Below, one piece after another: positions 25,660 to 37,329 of a DNA stretch of 64,000 bases. A program made the position numbers and the translations under genes. The notes under the pieces are model-generated. The model did not search any database and was not told the DNA's origin. It was given only the letters and a program-made list of their open reading frames with translations. The stretch is from Heterodontus francisci (lineage: Eukaryota): assembly GCF_036365525.1 (NCBI RefSeq), contig NW_027141237.1:558001-622000 (forward strand), written 5' to 3'. Each line of letters starts with the position of its first letter. The stretch's first letter is position 1.

Positions 25660-26329
25660 TCTATTGGGCCTCCTTATCTCGAGAGACAATGGATACGCGC
25701 CTGGAGGTGGTCAGTGGTTTGTGAAGCAGCGCCTGGAGTGGCTATAAAGGCCAATTCTAGAGTGACAGGCTCTTCCACAGGTGCTGCAGAGAAATTTGTT
25801 TGTCGGGGCTGTTGCACAGTTGGCTCTCCCCTTGCGCCTCTGTCTTTTTTCCTGCCAAATACTAAGTCTCTTCGACTCGCCACATTTTAGCCCCGTCTTT
25901 ACGGCTGCCCGCCAGCTCTGGCGAATGTTGGCAACTGACTCCCACGACTTGTGATCAACGTCACAGGATTTCATGTCGCATTTGCAGACGTATTTAAAGC
26001 AGAGACATTGACGGCCGGTGGGTCTGATACCAGTGGCGAGCTCGCTGCACAATGTGTCCTTGGGGATCCTGCCATCTTCCATGCGGCTCACATGGCCAAG
26101 TCATCTCAAGCACCGCTGACTCAGTAGGGTGTGCAAGCTGGGGATGTTGGCCCCCTCGATGACTTCTGTGTTGGAGATACGGTCCTGCCACCTGATGCCA
26201 AGTATTCTCCGGAGGCAGCGAAGATGGAATGAATTGAGACGTCGCTCTTGGCTGACAGATGTTGTCCCGGCCTCACTGCCATCGAGCAAGGTACTGAGGA
26301 CACAGGCCTGATACACTCGGACTTTTGTG
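25660..26329 (-). mobile_element. RTE-clade LINE 3' fragment, inserted into the tail of a minus-strand CR1
   Basis: Close paralog of 20886-21668 (HTKVRVYQACV...CSTCGRACHSRIGLYSH). Flanked by cataagaacctaagaaatag (25621-25640) and aaatagaagcagcagcaggcc (26335+), the two halves of a CR1 tail. Confidence 0.9.
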
Positions 26330-26332
26330 TGA

Positions 26333-26555
26333 GAAAATAGAAGCAGCAGCAGGCCATTTGGTCCCTCCATCCTTCTGTGTCATTTCATAAGATCATGGCT
26401 GAGCTGATTGTAACCTTAATTCCACTTTCCTGCCTGTCGCCCATAATCCTTGGAGATCAAAAATCGGTCTAACGCAGTCTTGCTCTCTGGGGAAGGAAAT
26501 TCCAAAGGTTAACGATGCTTTGAGAGATTAAATTCCTCCTCATCTCCGTCTCAAC
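26333..26555 (-). mobile_element. CR1 3' end fragment
   Basis: ggccatttggtccc...agatcatggctgagctga...ctctctggggaaggaaattcca...aaattcctcctcatctccgtc. Confidence 0.7.
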
Positions 26556-26569
26556 CCTGTGGTGGAGGC

Positions 26570-27930
26570 AAATCCATTGACGAAACCGCTGAAAAGCTTG
26601 GTCCCAGAACTCGAACCTGAGGAGCACCTGCAATACTATCCTGCGGCTGAGAACTTTGGCCTCCAACAACCACAGGCAAAAGCTTTTGTGTTAGGTATGA
26701 TTCCAATCAGTGGAGAGTTTGCCCCGTGATAGCCATTGACTTCAATTTTACTGGGGATCCTTTATTCCACACTCGGTCAAATGCTGCATTGATAGAAAGG
26801 GCAGTCACTCTCATCTCACGTTGGAATCTCCGCTCTTTTTTCCATGCTTGGCGCAAGGGGTCCGAGTCCAGCAGTCCTTGTGAAACCCAAAATGTGCTTC
26901 GCTGAAGACGTTATTGTTGAGTAACTGCCCTTGATAGCACATTTGACGATAACTTCCACCATTTTGCTGAATGAGAGTAGACTGATTTGGACGGGGTGTT
27001 GGTGGGGTGTGGGGGTGGGGGTTGGGGGAGCAGGTGCGGGTGGCGGTGGTGTAGTTGACTGTAATCGGCTGTTTTAAATTTGTCCTGATTTTTCAGCACA
27101 TAATATATTTCAGTTTGTTTGGCAGATTAGGTCATGTAGCTCTTTCTGAAGCATGCTGCTTCTGCAATTTAGCCTTTACGGAGTGATGTATTGTACCTTC
27201 ACCAGGTTGAAACGTATACCTTCTGGTACACCTGGTGCTGTTACCATGCTCTCCTCCATACATAATGGAACTATTGTTGGTCGCCTGTGTTAATGGTAAT
27301 GGTAGAAGGAGGGATATCCTGAGCAAGAAAGTTGCAGATTATCACAGAATACAATTCCACTGCTGCTCATGGCCCACAGCTCCTTAGGAGTCCCCAGTTT
27401 TGAACAGCGAGAGCTGTTAGGAATCTATACCAATTATGACCATTTTAGTGCCACACTGCACGATGGAACAATGTCCTCAGTGTGAAAACGGGACTTTGTC
27501 TCCACAGGACTGTGCGATGATCACTCTTACCAATAACGCCATGCAACACACGCAAGGTTGCTGTTAGTGTTATGGTGGGTCTTCGTGGCCATGTATACCT
27601 CTAAAGTCACGGACAGATACATCTACGTGAAGTACATTGGCGAGAAAGAGGTAAAGTAGGTTATTCTCTCTTGTTGTTTCTCTTCCACCTGCCAGCAGCT
27701 GAGTCTGGCATTTTTGTCGTTCAGGACACATTCATCTCGATCTGTGGTGGTAATATCAAGCCACACTTGATGAAGGATATTGAAGATCCTCACCCAGAGT
27801 ACATTCGATGCCTTTGCTACATTCTGTGCTTCGTCAAAGTGATGTTCAACACGGAAGAGTGGGAAGTCATCAACAGATGGAAGATGGCAAGTGACAATCA
27901 GATGGATATTTCCATGGCCTATTTGATTTG
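26570..27930 (-). mobile_element. Old LINE fragments (endonuclease/RT; same family as 62735-64000)
   Basis: 27600-27850 is the reverse complement of the EN region at 63400-63720 (cccacccagagtacatt, gatgttcaacacgg, aggtaaagtagg); RT motif cactcggtcaaatgctgc (AAFDRV). Confidence 0.6.
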
Positions 27931-28659
27931 AACACTGTAATCTGAAACCAGAACTCCTGGATCCACAGACAGAGCAGTATAATCAGTTATTTGATATTTA
28001 GTTTTAGAGTTCATTTGGTAGTAGATTGTTAATTTAAAATGTTTTCAACAATAAGTCTTATCAAAGTGCAGTTCCAGTTTACAGGCTGTTCCCTTCTACG
28101 CAATGTTGAAACCAATAGTTCATGTTGAGCCATGATGCTCGAAGCACTGCCCATCCCCAAGGTATAGCTTAAGTATGCAATATTCAACTTCTAACCAGGC
28201 CAATATGTGTCAATTAGCAACACATTGCACTAAAAAGGCTAATGGTGTTGTCTCAAAACATATACATACAAATGCACGAATACAATTCAGGAGCAAGAAG
28301 TCTGGCTTAGCTGTGGTGACAATTTTAAGGAAAACCTGGACAAACATAATAGAGCCACTCTGTTCCCAGCCTCCCTGGAAAGAAGAGGGTAAGAGAACAC
28401 AGCACGAAACATATCTTGGAATTCCATATTCTGCAAGATAATTGATTTTTATTCCCTTGTAATGATTAAGAAAAACTACCATAATCAAGTACCTTAATCT
28501 GTTTCGTTTAACAATTTGCGACCTCCTGATGTTAAAGGACTGAAGAATTTGGTGATGTGGACAATCTGTGGCTGCTCTGATATCGTCCATTTTATGCTAC
28601 CACCAAATATTAAAATTTCCCCGCACACTCTATGATAGAATCAACGAATCCCTGATATG

Positions 28660-28772
28660 ATAAATAAAAGCAAACTCTGCGAATGCTGGAAATCTGAAAT
28701 AAAAACAAAAAGTGGTGGAAATACTCAGCATTTCTGGGAGCATCTGTGAAGAGAGAGAAGCAGAGTTAACGT
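28660..28772 (-). mobile_element. Isolated PLE terminal-repeat fragment
   Basis: aaagcaaactctgcgaatgctggaaatctgaaataaaaac...agagaagcagagttaacgt matches 9118-9230. Confidence 0.75.
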
Positions 28773-29759
28773 GCCTGATATAAATTTTGAAGTAAATCTC
28801 CAGAGAGGCAATTAGGTAACATAATTAGATCTGTTAATCAATAATGTACAGAACAAAATTAGAAAGGTGGTTTTAATTGTTATTAATTTCAATTCACTTA
28901 TAAAGACTTCAATGATTAAATACCAATAGATTGAAAGAGAGTGGGGATCAATCATTGCTAGTGAAGCACTAGCAACTAAAAGACACTGGGCTCATTAACA
29001 TTGGGGGAATGACTTGTGGGGCACCTAACAGTTTTTTCACTGCAAATGCAGGGATTGATTTCTCTCAAAAACAGACTGTTCCAGTTGCGATCAGGTTATG
29101 ACCAGAGTGTGTGATAACGTAGGTTTGGGAACTCGGTGTGGCAGCAGCCCTGGTTATTGCTGTGGGCTCCAGGTAATCCATTCTGCCCCGTCTGATGCAA
29201 ACAAATAATTTACAACTTACATGTACTTGGTCTCCTGGGTTAATTGCTGCTGGAACTGGTTGCAATGTACGCCTGTCAGGTACTGATCACTTGTGACTGA
29301 AAATGTGAGCCGCAAACCTAAGATCATGATTTGTAGATTAACACAGGTTTTCTGCCTGACACGGCGTCCGGCCTCAGGTTACTGAAAAAAAACTCGCCAA
29401 ACTCTTCATTGCTGTGCATGGGAGTTAAAGTGTGATGTAAAGGACTGGATGAAGACTATTGGATGTAACCTAAAAGCTGCTGCTGATTCACTATCGCCCT
29501 TTCAAAGACCTGTACAGAAAAATGAAAGACATGAAAGCAGCAATGTAATAATTCGTTTCAAACAAGTCGGGTGATGTTGGCCTCACATGAAAAGACAGAA
29601 GGGCAAGAGCCAACCGGCAGATTACCTTACAATTTGAAGATAATTCAAATGAAAAGAGAACGGGGTGTAGTGGAAATCGGCCTATCGATTTGCTTCATCC
29701 GTTTTTGGTTCTGACAGAAAACCAATTTCACCCTCAGGAGCATTTATTACCATCTCTAC

Positions 29760-30600
29760 ATGTCCTTGAGAAGGTGACGATGAGCCGAATGATCGATCTG
29801 CTGCAGTCCATGTGGTGTACGTACACACACACTGCTGTTAGGAAGGGAGTTCAAAGTTTTTCACATAGCGACAGTGGCGATAAAGTTCCAGTGGCACAGT
29901 GGTTAGCACCGCAGCCTCACAGCTGCAGTGACCCGGGTTCTATTCTGGGTACTGCCTGTGTGGAGTTTGCAAGTTCTCCCTGTGTCTGAGTGGGTTTCCT
30001 CCGGGTGCTCCGGTTTCCTCCCACATGCCAAAGACTTGTAGGTTGATAGGTAAATTGGCCATTGTAAATTGCCCCTAGTACAGGTAGGTGGTAGGGAAAT
30101 ATGGGGGACAGGTAGGGATGTGGTAGGAATATGGAATTAGTGTAGGATTAGTATGGATGGGTGTTTGATGGTCGGCACAGACTCTGTGGGCCGAAGGGCC
30201 TATTTCAGTGCAGTATCTTTAAACTAAGTCAGGTTGATCTGTGGTGTTTCCAAGTCTCCACTATCTTTGCCCATCCAGGTTGTACAGATTGCATGCTTGG
30301 AAGTTGCTGTTGAAGAAGTCTTGTTGAGTTGGTGCGTTGCATCTTGCAAATGGCACAAATTGCTGCCACTTGGCGCTGATGATGGAGGGAGTAAGTGATT
30401 AAGGTAGTGCATGAGGTGCTGACCATGCGGGTTGCTTTGCCCTGATAGTGTCGAGCGTGTTGTGTGTTGTTGGCGCTGAACTCAACCAGGCAAGTGGAGA
30501 ATATTCCATCACACTCCTGACTTGTGCATTACACATGGTAGTTAGGATTGGGGAGCCTTGATGGTCCTGCAGGTAATGCAGATCACGAAGCACTTTTGCA
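29760..30600 (-). mobile_element. Old LINE RT 3' fragment hosting a SINE
   Basis: AQVRSVMEYSPLAWLSSAPTT...LDTI; interrupted at 29889-30227. Confidence 0.65.
29889..30227 (+). mobile_element. V-SINE (HE1-like elasmobranch SINE)
   Basis: tRNA head with A box (GTGGCACAGTGG) and B box (GGTTCTATTC); V domain TGTGTGGAGTTTGCA..TTCTCCC...GGGTTTCCTCCGGGTGCTCCGGTTTCCTCCCACA; CR1-derived 3' tail (gggccgaagggcct). Confidence 0.9.
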
Positions 30601-31574
30601 ATGGGTAAACCAAACATGGTATAAGTTAGAATAGGGCAGCAGAGTTTTTACTGAGTTCAAATTTATGGTAGATGCAAGAATGGAAGGCTCGCAAAGGCCA
30701 CTGGACCAAACATAATATAATATAACATAATTATATTCAACAATGCAGCGAAAAACAACTGGCAGCATTTGGGAAAATTAACTGGGGACACGATTTTAGA
30801 GCGTGACAATTTTGACTAACCTCATATGTATGGTTATCCAATTGCAATAATCACTGGTAAGGTTATTTCTGTCACAATCCTAGATACATAGTCAACCAAG
30901 TCTTCACTTGGGCTCGATGCAACTAATAAACTTCATGTAGAACTAAATAAGTAGGGAATGATGAAAGAAGGAAGCATGGAGAACGGAAAGCAAATCTGCA
31001 GTGAATTTTGTGTACTGTCCAATCTATTCTCTAATCATTCATGTGCCATTGTTATCACAGTTTAAATGTTTCAACAATTCATGTTAATGGCTGTATCAAA
31101 ATGTACTTCCTCTCTGAATTGAGCCTGTATCACTGCGTAACTGCAAGTGTTTATGTAACAGCTCAGAATGAAAAGCCTATATTTGCCTTCTTGAAAGATA
31201 AAACTGGGTTTGATACGCTGAAAAAAACGAATGCTAGTCATTTTGAGCAAAGGTAAAATGTGTGACAAACGTCAAACACCTCGTATTAAATTGCCAGATA
31301 TATGAAGAAGCAAAATATTGATTTGTCCTTTGTTTGCCATCTCAGGATCATTGTTATTTTCAGTTCTTATCTTGCCTCTGAGAGCCCTTCTGATTCGACT
31401 GGACACGAAAATATGTTTTGTAGTCAGAGCATTAAACAGTGAAGCAGAAAATAATAGAGTGAAAGTGGTTTTGGTAAGTTTGAACATCACAAAGCCTATC
31501 CATGATGTTGTTCTATAGCAGTTACACTTGAAGGTGTAGTACCAGGGTTACTGGTTGGCATCCTTCCATCTACA

Positions 31575-32085
31575 AAAGATGATGAACGCACAGCAAACAA
31601 CCCATTTAGGTGAGGTGGCTTCTCTTAGTATACCTTTGCTGGTGGCTGTCAAGGCCAATCATTGAGAGGCAGGTTCTGCCGCAAGTGCTCCACGTGAAGC
31701 TGCGAAGTAATATCATGAGTTGTTCTTTCTGACGTTAGCGCCGATTGCGAAGCTGTTGTTGTCACTAGTCGTCGTGGTAGTACACACTAGTTCACAGGGT
31801 GTGTCTCCATTTCCCTCTTTTGCCAGCTCGTGTCTTCCAGGCGCGATAGTTGACGTTTAGGACCTTCATGTCACATTTACAAGGTTCCTTGATGTGGAGC
31901 TTTGGGCACCCCACTGGTCGCCTGGCCCGGGCTATCTCAACATACAGGAGGTCCTTTGGTTTGTGACCATCTTCCATTCAGCGAACGTGTCCATCCATCG
32001 ATGCCAAATCTGTTTGATTATTGTCAACACATTTTGGAGCTCTGCCTTTGAGAGGACTGCTGCATTTCTGAATTCGTCCGGCGCT
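31575..32085 (-). mobile_element. Old RTE fragment inside pseudogene C
   Basis: RMEDGHKPKDLLYVEI..RRPVGCPKL..K..CK.DMK. Confidence 0.75.
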
Positions 32086-32109
32086 GCAGGATACATTGTG
32101 AATACAATT

Positions 32110-32240
32110 TTTCTTCTTTCTTTTCTTCTTTGGCCTCCTTGACTCGAGAGACAATGGGTAAGCACGGGGAGGTGGTCAGTGGTTTGTGAAGCAGCACCTA
32201 GAGTGACTATAAAGGCCAAGTCCAGAGTGACAGACTCTAA
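32110..32240 (-). mobile_element. Short RTE 3' end (same family as 20886 and 25660) inside pseudogene C
   Basis: ttcttctttggcctccttgactcgagagacaatggg...tataaaggccaagtccagagtgacagactc, nearly identical to 20890-21005. Confidence 0.85.
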
Positions 32241-33136
32241 AATACAGAAAATACAGGATTTTAAATACTCAGTCCCATGGATGCTTCGGAAACAGATCAC
32301 TACACATACCAAACCTTTAACAGCAACCACAATTCTTTTGGTGCAGTATTTGATTTTCGGCTTCTGGCAACGTACTCAATGATCAAAGGTAAAAGCGACA
32401 GTTAAACAGACAGAACTGCCTTGGGGGGTAGGCAGTAGCACAGTCTTGAGGCGATACACTGGCGTAATAGACAGAAATCTGGCTGGAAAATGAACGCTAA
32501 TTAATGGATTCAATATTACACTAGTGACAAGAAGCAGCAGATCCACTCCAGGCATGGACACCAGCTGTTACGTGATACATTTGGAGCGAATGTACTTCCA
32601 CTGGGCCAGAATCATCATTAACACCAAGTTCGCTGGAATAATTAGAAAGTGTAGGCAATTAATGGTCAAACTGATTTCAGAGGAAACGACTCCAAGCTTT
32701 GTCATCAGTTTGTCTACTATTATCAAAATCAAGATTTATCCCTCTCAGGATTTCCTCTCCGATTGCTAAATATTAATGAGATTTGCTACATGATTGTGGA
32801 GAGGGGATGGTGAGTGGGTAAATGTGACTTTGTATGACCCAATGAATGTAAAGTGTAGAACAGGCTTCCAATTCCATATCACTTTTTTAACAAGATCACA
32901 GGAAGTCCAATATATCCCTCTTACATGTTGACTTTGTATGGTAGTGTGAAATTAGTGATGGCGAATCGAAACCCGGTTGTATTACACGTTTTACAGTATC
33001 CTACAAAGTTAAGAACCACAACATTGAATCTGCAAACCCATTGTAAAGGTGTTTGTTCTTATTTCATTTATTAAATTAAATCTGACTAATTAAGTATCCA
33101 AAGATTTAAAACATGATCATCATAAAACCCTAAACT

Positions 33137-33304
33137 CAAAATGCTGCAGATGCTAGAAATCTGAAATAGAAACAGAATGTGCTGGAAATGTTCAGCAGGT
33201 CAGGCAGCATCTGTGGAGAGAGAAGCAGAGTTAACGTTTCAGGCCTGTAAACTTTCATTATAACACAGATCTGATGAAAGGTCACAGACCTGAAACGTTA
33301 ACTG
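33137..33304. mobile_element. PLE terminal fragment ending in an inverted duplication
   Basis: 33137-33260 matches 9118-9250; 33266-33304 is the reverse complement of 33228-33262. Confidence 0.8.
33266..33304 (+). ncRNA. Minimal hammerhead ribozyme motif (PLE type)
   Basis: CAGAT-CTGATGA-A-AGGTC-ACA-GACCT-GAAA-CG-TT-AACTG: intact cores, 5 bp stem II, palindromic minimal stem III, stem I 4/5 paired. Confidence 0.6.
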
Positions 33305-33719
33305 AAATCATAAATCGCTGTTGTGTTATTGATTAAGGTCAGGAATAATTCCATGTATACATAATCAGTTGTTGATATTAGTTACAAAGCAGAACTGGGA
33401 GAACAAGAAGAAGGCATCCCCCTACTTGTGACAAACAAACACTGCAAAAACATAATTTGTCAACACAAACATAAACCTGCATTCCTCTATATAAGCATAA
33501 CAGAATAAAGTTTTAATACCTGTTGCTAGGTCAGTGAATGTATAATATGAATGCAAGTTGAAAAGCAATTGTGAAGTAAATTCTAATTTGCAATGGGCCA
33601 CCAACAGTGACAATAGACTATTACAATGGTGAAAAATGTAAAATAATGATTATTAATTGAACAGCTTCCATGACGAGGTGACTCTGCAACAAGGAGGCAA
33701 ACACATGGCAATTACATTC

Positions 33720-34330
33720 AGGAGTCATAGAGTCATCGAGGCAAAACGGCACACACGAAAGCCATTCAGCTCATCGTGTCCATGCCGGCTCTCTGTAGAG
33801 TAACCCAATCAGTCCTATTCACCAGCTTGCCCCTAGAATCCGGTAAGCTGATTTTCCTCAAGGCCCCATCCAATTTCTTTTTGAAATCATTCACCATCTC
33901 CACTTCCATCACCCTCGTCGGCAGTGAGTTCCAGGTCATTACCATTTGTGTCATAAAACGTTCTTCCTCACAACCCCTCTCTTATCCAAAACCATAAACC
34001 TACATTATACACTCAGATAATGGAAATAACTTTTATTTGTCTACCTCTTCGAAACCTGTCAGAATCTTCCACACGTCAATCAAGTTTCCCCTCAACTTCC
34101 TTTTCTCCAAGGCGAACAACACCAGCTTCTCCAACCTAACCTTGCAACTATAATTCCGAGGACTATTCTGGTAAATCTCTTCTGTACCGTTTCAAGCATT
34201 ATTCTGAAAGTGTAGTGATCAAAATTGGACATAATGCTCTACTCGTGGCCTAACCAGAGCTTGATAAAGGTTCAGCATAACTTCCCTCATTTTGTATTCA
34301 ATACCTCTATCTATGAAGCCGAATATCACA
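33720..34330 (-). mobile_element. CR1 3' fragment
   Basis: VMTWNSLPTRVME...FKKKLD; tail gagtcatagagtcat. Confidence 0.75.
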
Positions 34331-34509
34331 TTGCACGTTCCATGCTCTGTTTGGCTATCACTACCACACCAGCTGGGATCAATTGACGCAGCATAGCCGG
34401 CGGTAGGAACCTGGAACCATACCGCCTGAGATCAGCTAGCAGCACAAAATCGTTATGGTTGTAAGATACCTCCTGTTCTCAGTGGGCTCAGTACAACGAC
34501 GAAGTAGCT

Positions 34510-36462
34510 TATAAGATTGTCAGGAAAAGTGGTAGGCCCAACGATTGGGAGCAATTTAGAATCCAGCAAAGGATGTCTAAAGAGAGAAAAAAGATAATAC
34601 GAATGTGACCTAACGAGAAACATAAAGGCAGATGGTAAAATCTTGTTTAGGCTTGTGAAAGGGAAAAGATTTGCAAGGACAAATGTGTGTCCATTACAGG
34701 CAGTGACAGGAGAATTTATGAAGGAGAGTGGGGAAATGGCGGAGAAAGTAAACAACTACTTTGTGTCTGTCTTCATGGTAGAAGCTACGGAAATTCTCCC
34801 AGATGCTAGGCAACCAAAGGACTTGTGAAAATATGGAACTGAGAGAAATTATACTCAATAAAGAGATAGTACTAGAAAAATTAACTGGATTGCGGATTGA
34901 TAAATCCTTGGACCAGGTAAGCTACATCATAGAGTGTTAAAGGAGGTAGATATAGAGATAATGGATGCATTGGTGGTTATCTTTCAAAATTTTATGGATT
35001 GTGGAAAGATTTCTGCACACTGGAAACTGCAAATGTAACCCCACTATTTAGGAAAGGAGGAAGAGAGAAAACGGGGAACTGCAGACCTATTAGTTTGACA
35101 TCAGAAGTAGGGAAAATGTTAGGATCCCTTATCAAGCATGTGACAACTAGACAGTTAGAAAATAATGATATGGTTTGGTAGATTTAACATCGATTTATGA
35201 AAAGGATATTATGTTTTACAAACCTATTACAGACTTTTGAGGATATTACATGGAGCATAAATAAAGGAAAACCAGTGGATGTGGTGTATTTGGATTTTCA
35301 GAAGGCTTTTGATAAGGTTCCACACAGGAGGTTAGTAAACAAAATTACAGCACAAGGGATTGGGAGTAATATATTAGTATAGATAGAGAATTGTTTAAAG
35401 GGCAGCAAACAGAGATTAGGAATAAACGGGTCATTTTCAGGATGGCAGAATGTTACTGGTGGGGTACTGCAAGGATCATTGCTGGGGTCACAGCTGAACA
35501 CAATCTACATAAATGATTTGGATGTGGGGACGAATTGCAATATTTCCAAATTTGCTGATGACACAAAACTAGGTGGGAATGATAATTGTGAGGAGGATAC
35601 AAGGAGGCTTCAAGGGGATTTGGACAGGCTAAGTAAATGAGCAAGAAGATGTCAGATGGAATATAATGTGAATTACTGTGAAGTTATCCACTTTTGTCGT
35701 GAAAAAAACAGAAATACAGAGTATTTCTTAAATGGTGAGAGCTTGGGAAGTGCTGATGTCCAAAGGGACTTGGGTGTCCTTGTTCATGAGTCACTAAAAT
35801 CTAGTATGCAGGTGCAGCAAGCATTTAGGAGGGCAAATGGTATGTTGGCCGATGCTGCAAGGCAGTTTTAGTACAGAAGTAAAGATGCCTTGCAGCAATT
35901 GTGTTGAGCCTTGCTGAGACCGTACCTGGAGTATGGTGTACTGTTTTTGGTTCCCTTCTCTAAGAAAGGATATGCATGCCATAGAGGGAGTACAACGCAG
36001 GTTCACCTGGGATGGTGGGATTGTTTGATGATGTGAGATTACAGAAACTGGGTCTGTATTCTCTGGAGTTTTGAAGAATCAGAGGTGACTTCAATGAAAC
36101 CTACAAAATTCTTACTGGGTGTGACAAAGTGGATGTAGATAGGATGTTTCCTCTGGCTGGTGAGTCTAGAACCAGGGGACATAGTTTCAGAATAAGGAAC
36201 GGGTCCTTTAAGACTGAGATGTGAAGGAATCCCTTCATTCAGAGGGTGCTGAATCTTTGGAATTCTGTACCCCAGAAGGCTGTGGAAGCTCAATCTTTGA
36301 TCATGTTCAAAACAGAAATCGATAGATTACTGAATCCTAATGACATCAAGGGATATGGGGATTGTGTGGAAAATTGTGTCGAGGTACATGATCAGTCATG
36401 GTTGAATGGTGGAGCAGGCACAACGGGGCAAATGGCCTACTTCTGCTCCTAGTTCCTATGAT
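34510..36462 (+). mobile_element. CR1 ORF2 fragment with 3' end
   Basis: ANVTPLFRKG, YLDFQKAFDKVPH, FADD, LNLWNSVP; tail tcctatgatactatgat. Confidence 0.9.
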
Positions 36463-37029
36463 ACTATGATCCCTCACCCCTTGCCTGGAGCCCTAGCCTT
36501 GAAACTTACCAAGTTTCATGTAAGGTACATAACTCGGATCTGTTCATATGAAGGACAGTGTAAAAGCCACGGCAGGCAACTGCAAACTGTGTAACTAGAC
36601 ATTTGTCAATAATTGTATTTGGAAATGCTTAAGTATTGAGAATGTAAGTAGGTAGAAATCCCACAAAATAAAACACATCTTATTAAACAGGCGAATGATT
36701 TGTTAGTATTATTATTAATACTCACTGTTTGAATCTTTGATCTTTGTGTTGACAACCTTTAATATCCTTTACAACATGAACATATTTAAACAAAGATTTG
36801 CTTCTATTTCACTGAACTATGTCATGTTCAGCCTTGTAATTAAATAAGAAGTCAGTGGTTAAGTGAGTTTCCTTATTTCCTGAAATTGACATCTGCCCCT
36901 GCCCTTTAACTTGAATCGATGTACATGGAACTGCAAAGAGCCTGCTAAAATCATACAGAAAAGCCTTGTAAACGGGCTGAAACTTATTAGTTCTAAAACC
37001 AGGGGACACAATATATAAATGAGGGGGAG

Positions 37030-37292
37030 ATATTTAGGACAGAGATGAGGAGAATTCCCTTTCCTCAGAGAGTTGTGAATCTTTGGAATTCACTACCCCA
37101 GAGGGCTCTGGAAGATTGGGTATGTTTAAAGCAGAGATTGACAGATTTATAAATAGAAATGACAGAAGGTGAAATGAGGATAGTGTGGGAAAAAGGCATT
37201 GAAGTTGATGACCAGCCATGATCAGATCCAACGGTGGGGCAGGCTCGATGGGCTGAATGGTTTACTCTTGCTCCGATGTTCCTATGTTCCTG
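37030..37292 (+). mobile_element. CR1 3' end fragment
   Basis: gtgaatctttggaattc...gggctgaatgg...atgttcctatgttcct tail. Confidence 0.75.
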
Positions 37293-37329
37293 TGCAATCA
37301 GGCTGTCGAATCAGTATGTGTGCAACTAA

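Larger units (their letters stand above)
31071..32632 (-). pseudogene. GPCR pseudogene C (exon 2), split by RTE insertions
   Basis: Acceptor attccag|CG AAC; ANLVLMMILAQWK..SKCIT*QLVSM..VDL; FLSITPV; VAFTFDH*; CQK.KIKYCTK; (insertions); PWYY; FNALTTKHI...DPEM; LSCYINTCSYAVIQAQFREE. Stops and frameshifts throughout. Confidence 0.9.

Noticed and set aside
29889-29950. Functional tRNA gene (also 47470, 62740)
   Set aside because: These are SINE heads: no full cloverleaf, and they are followed by repeat bodies.
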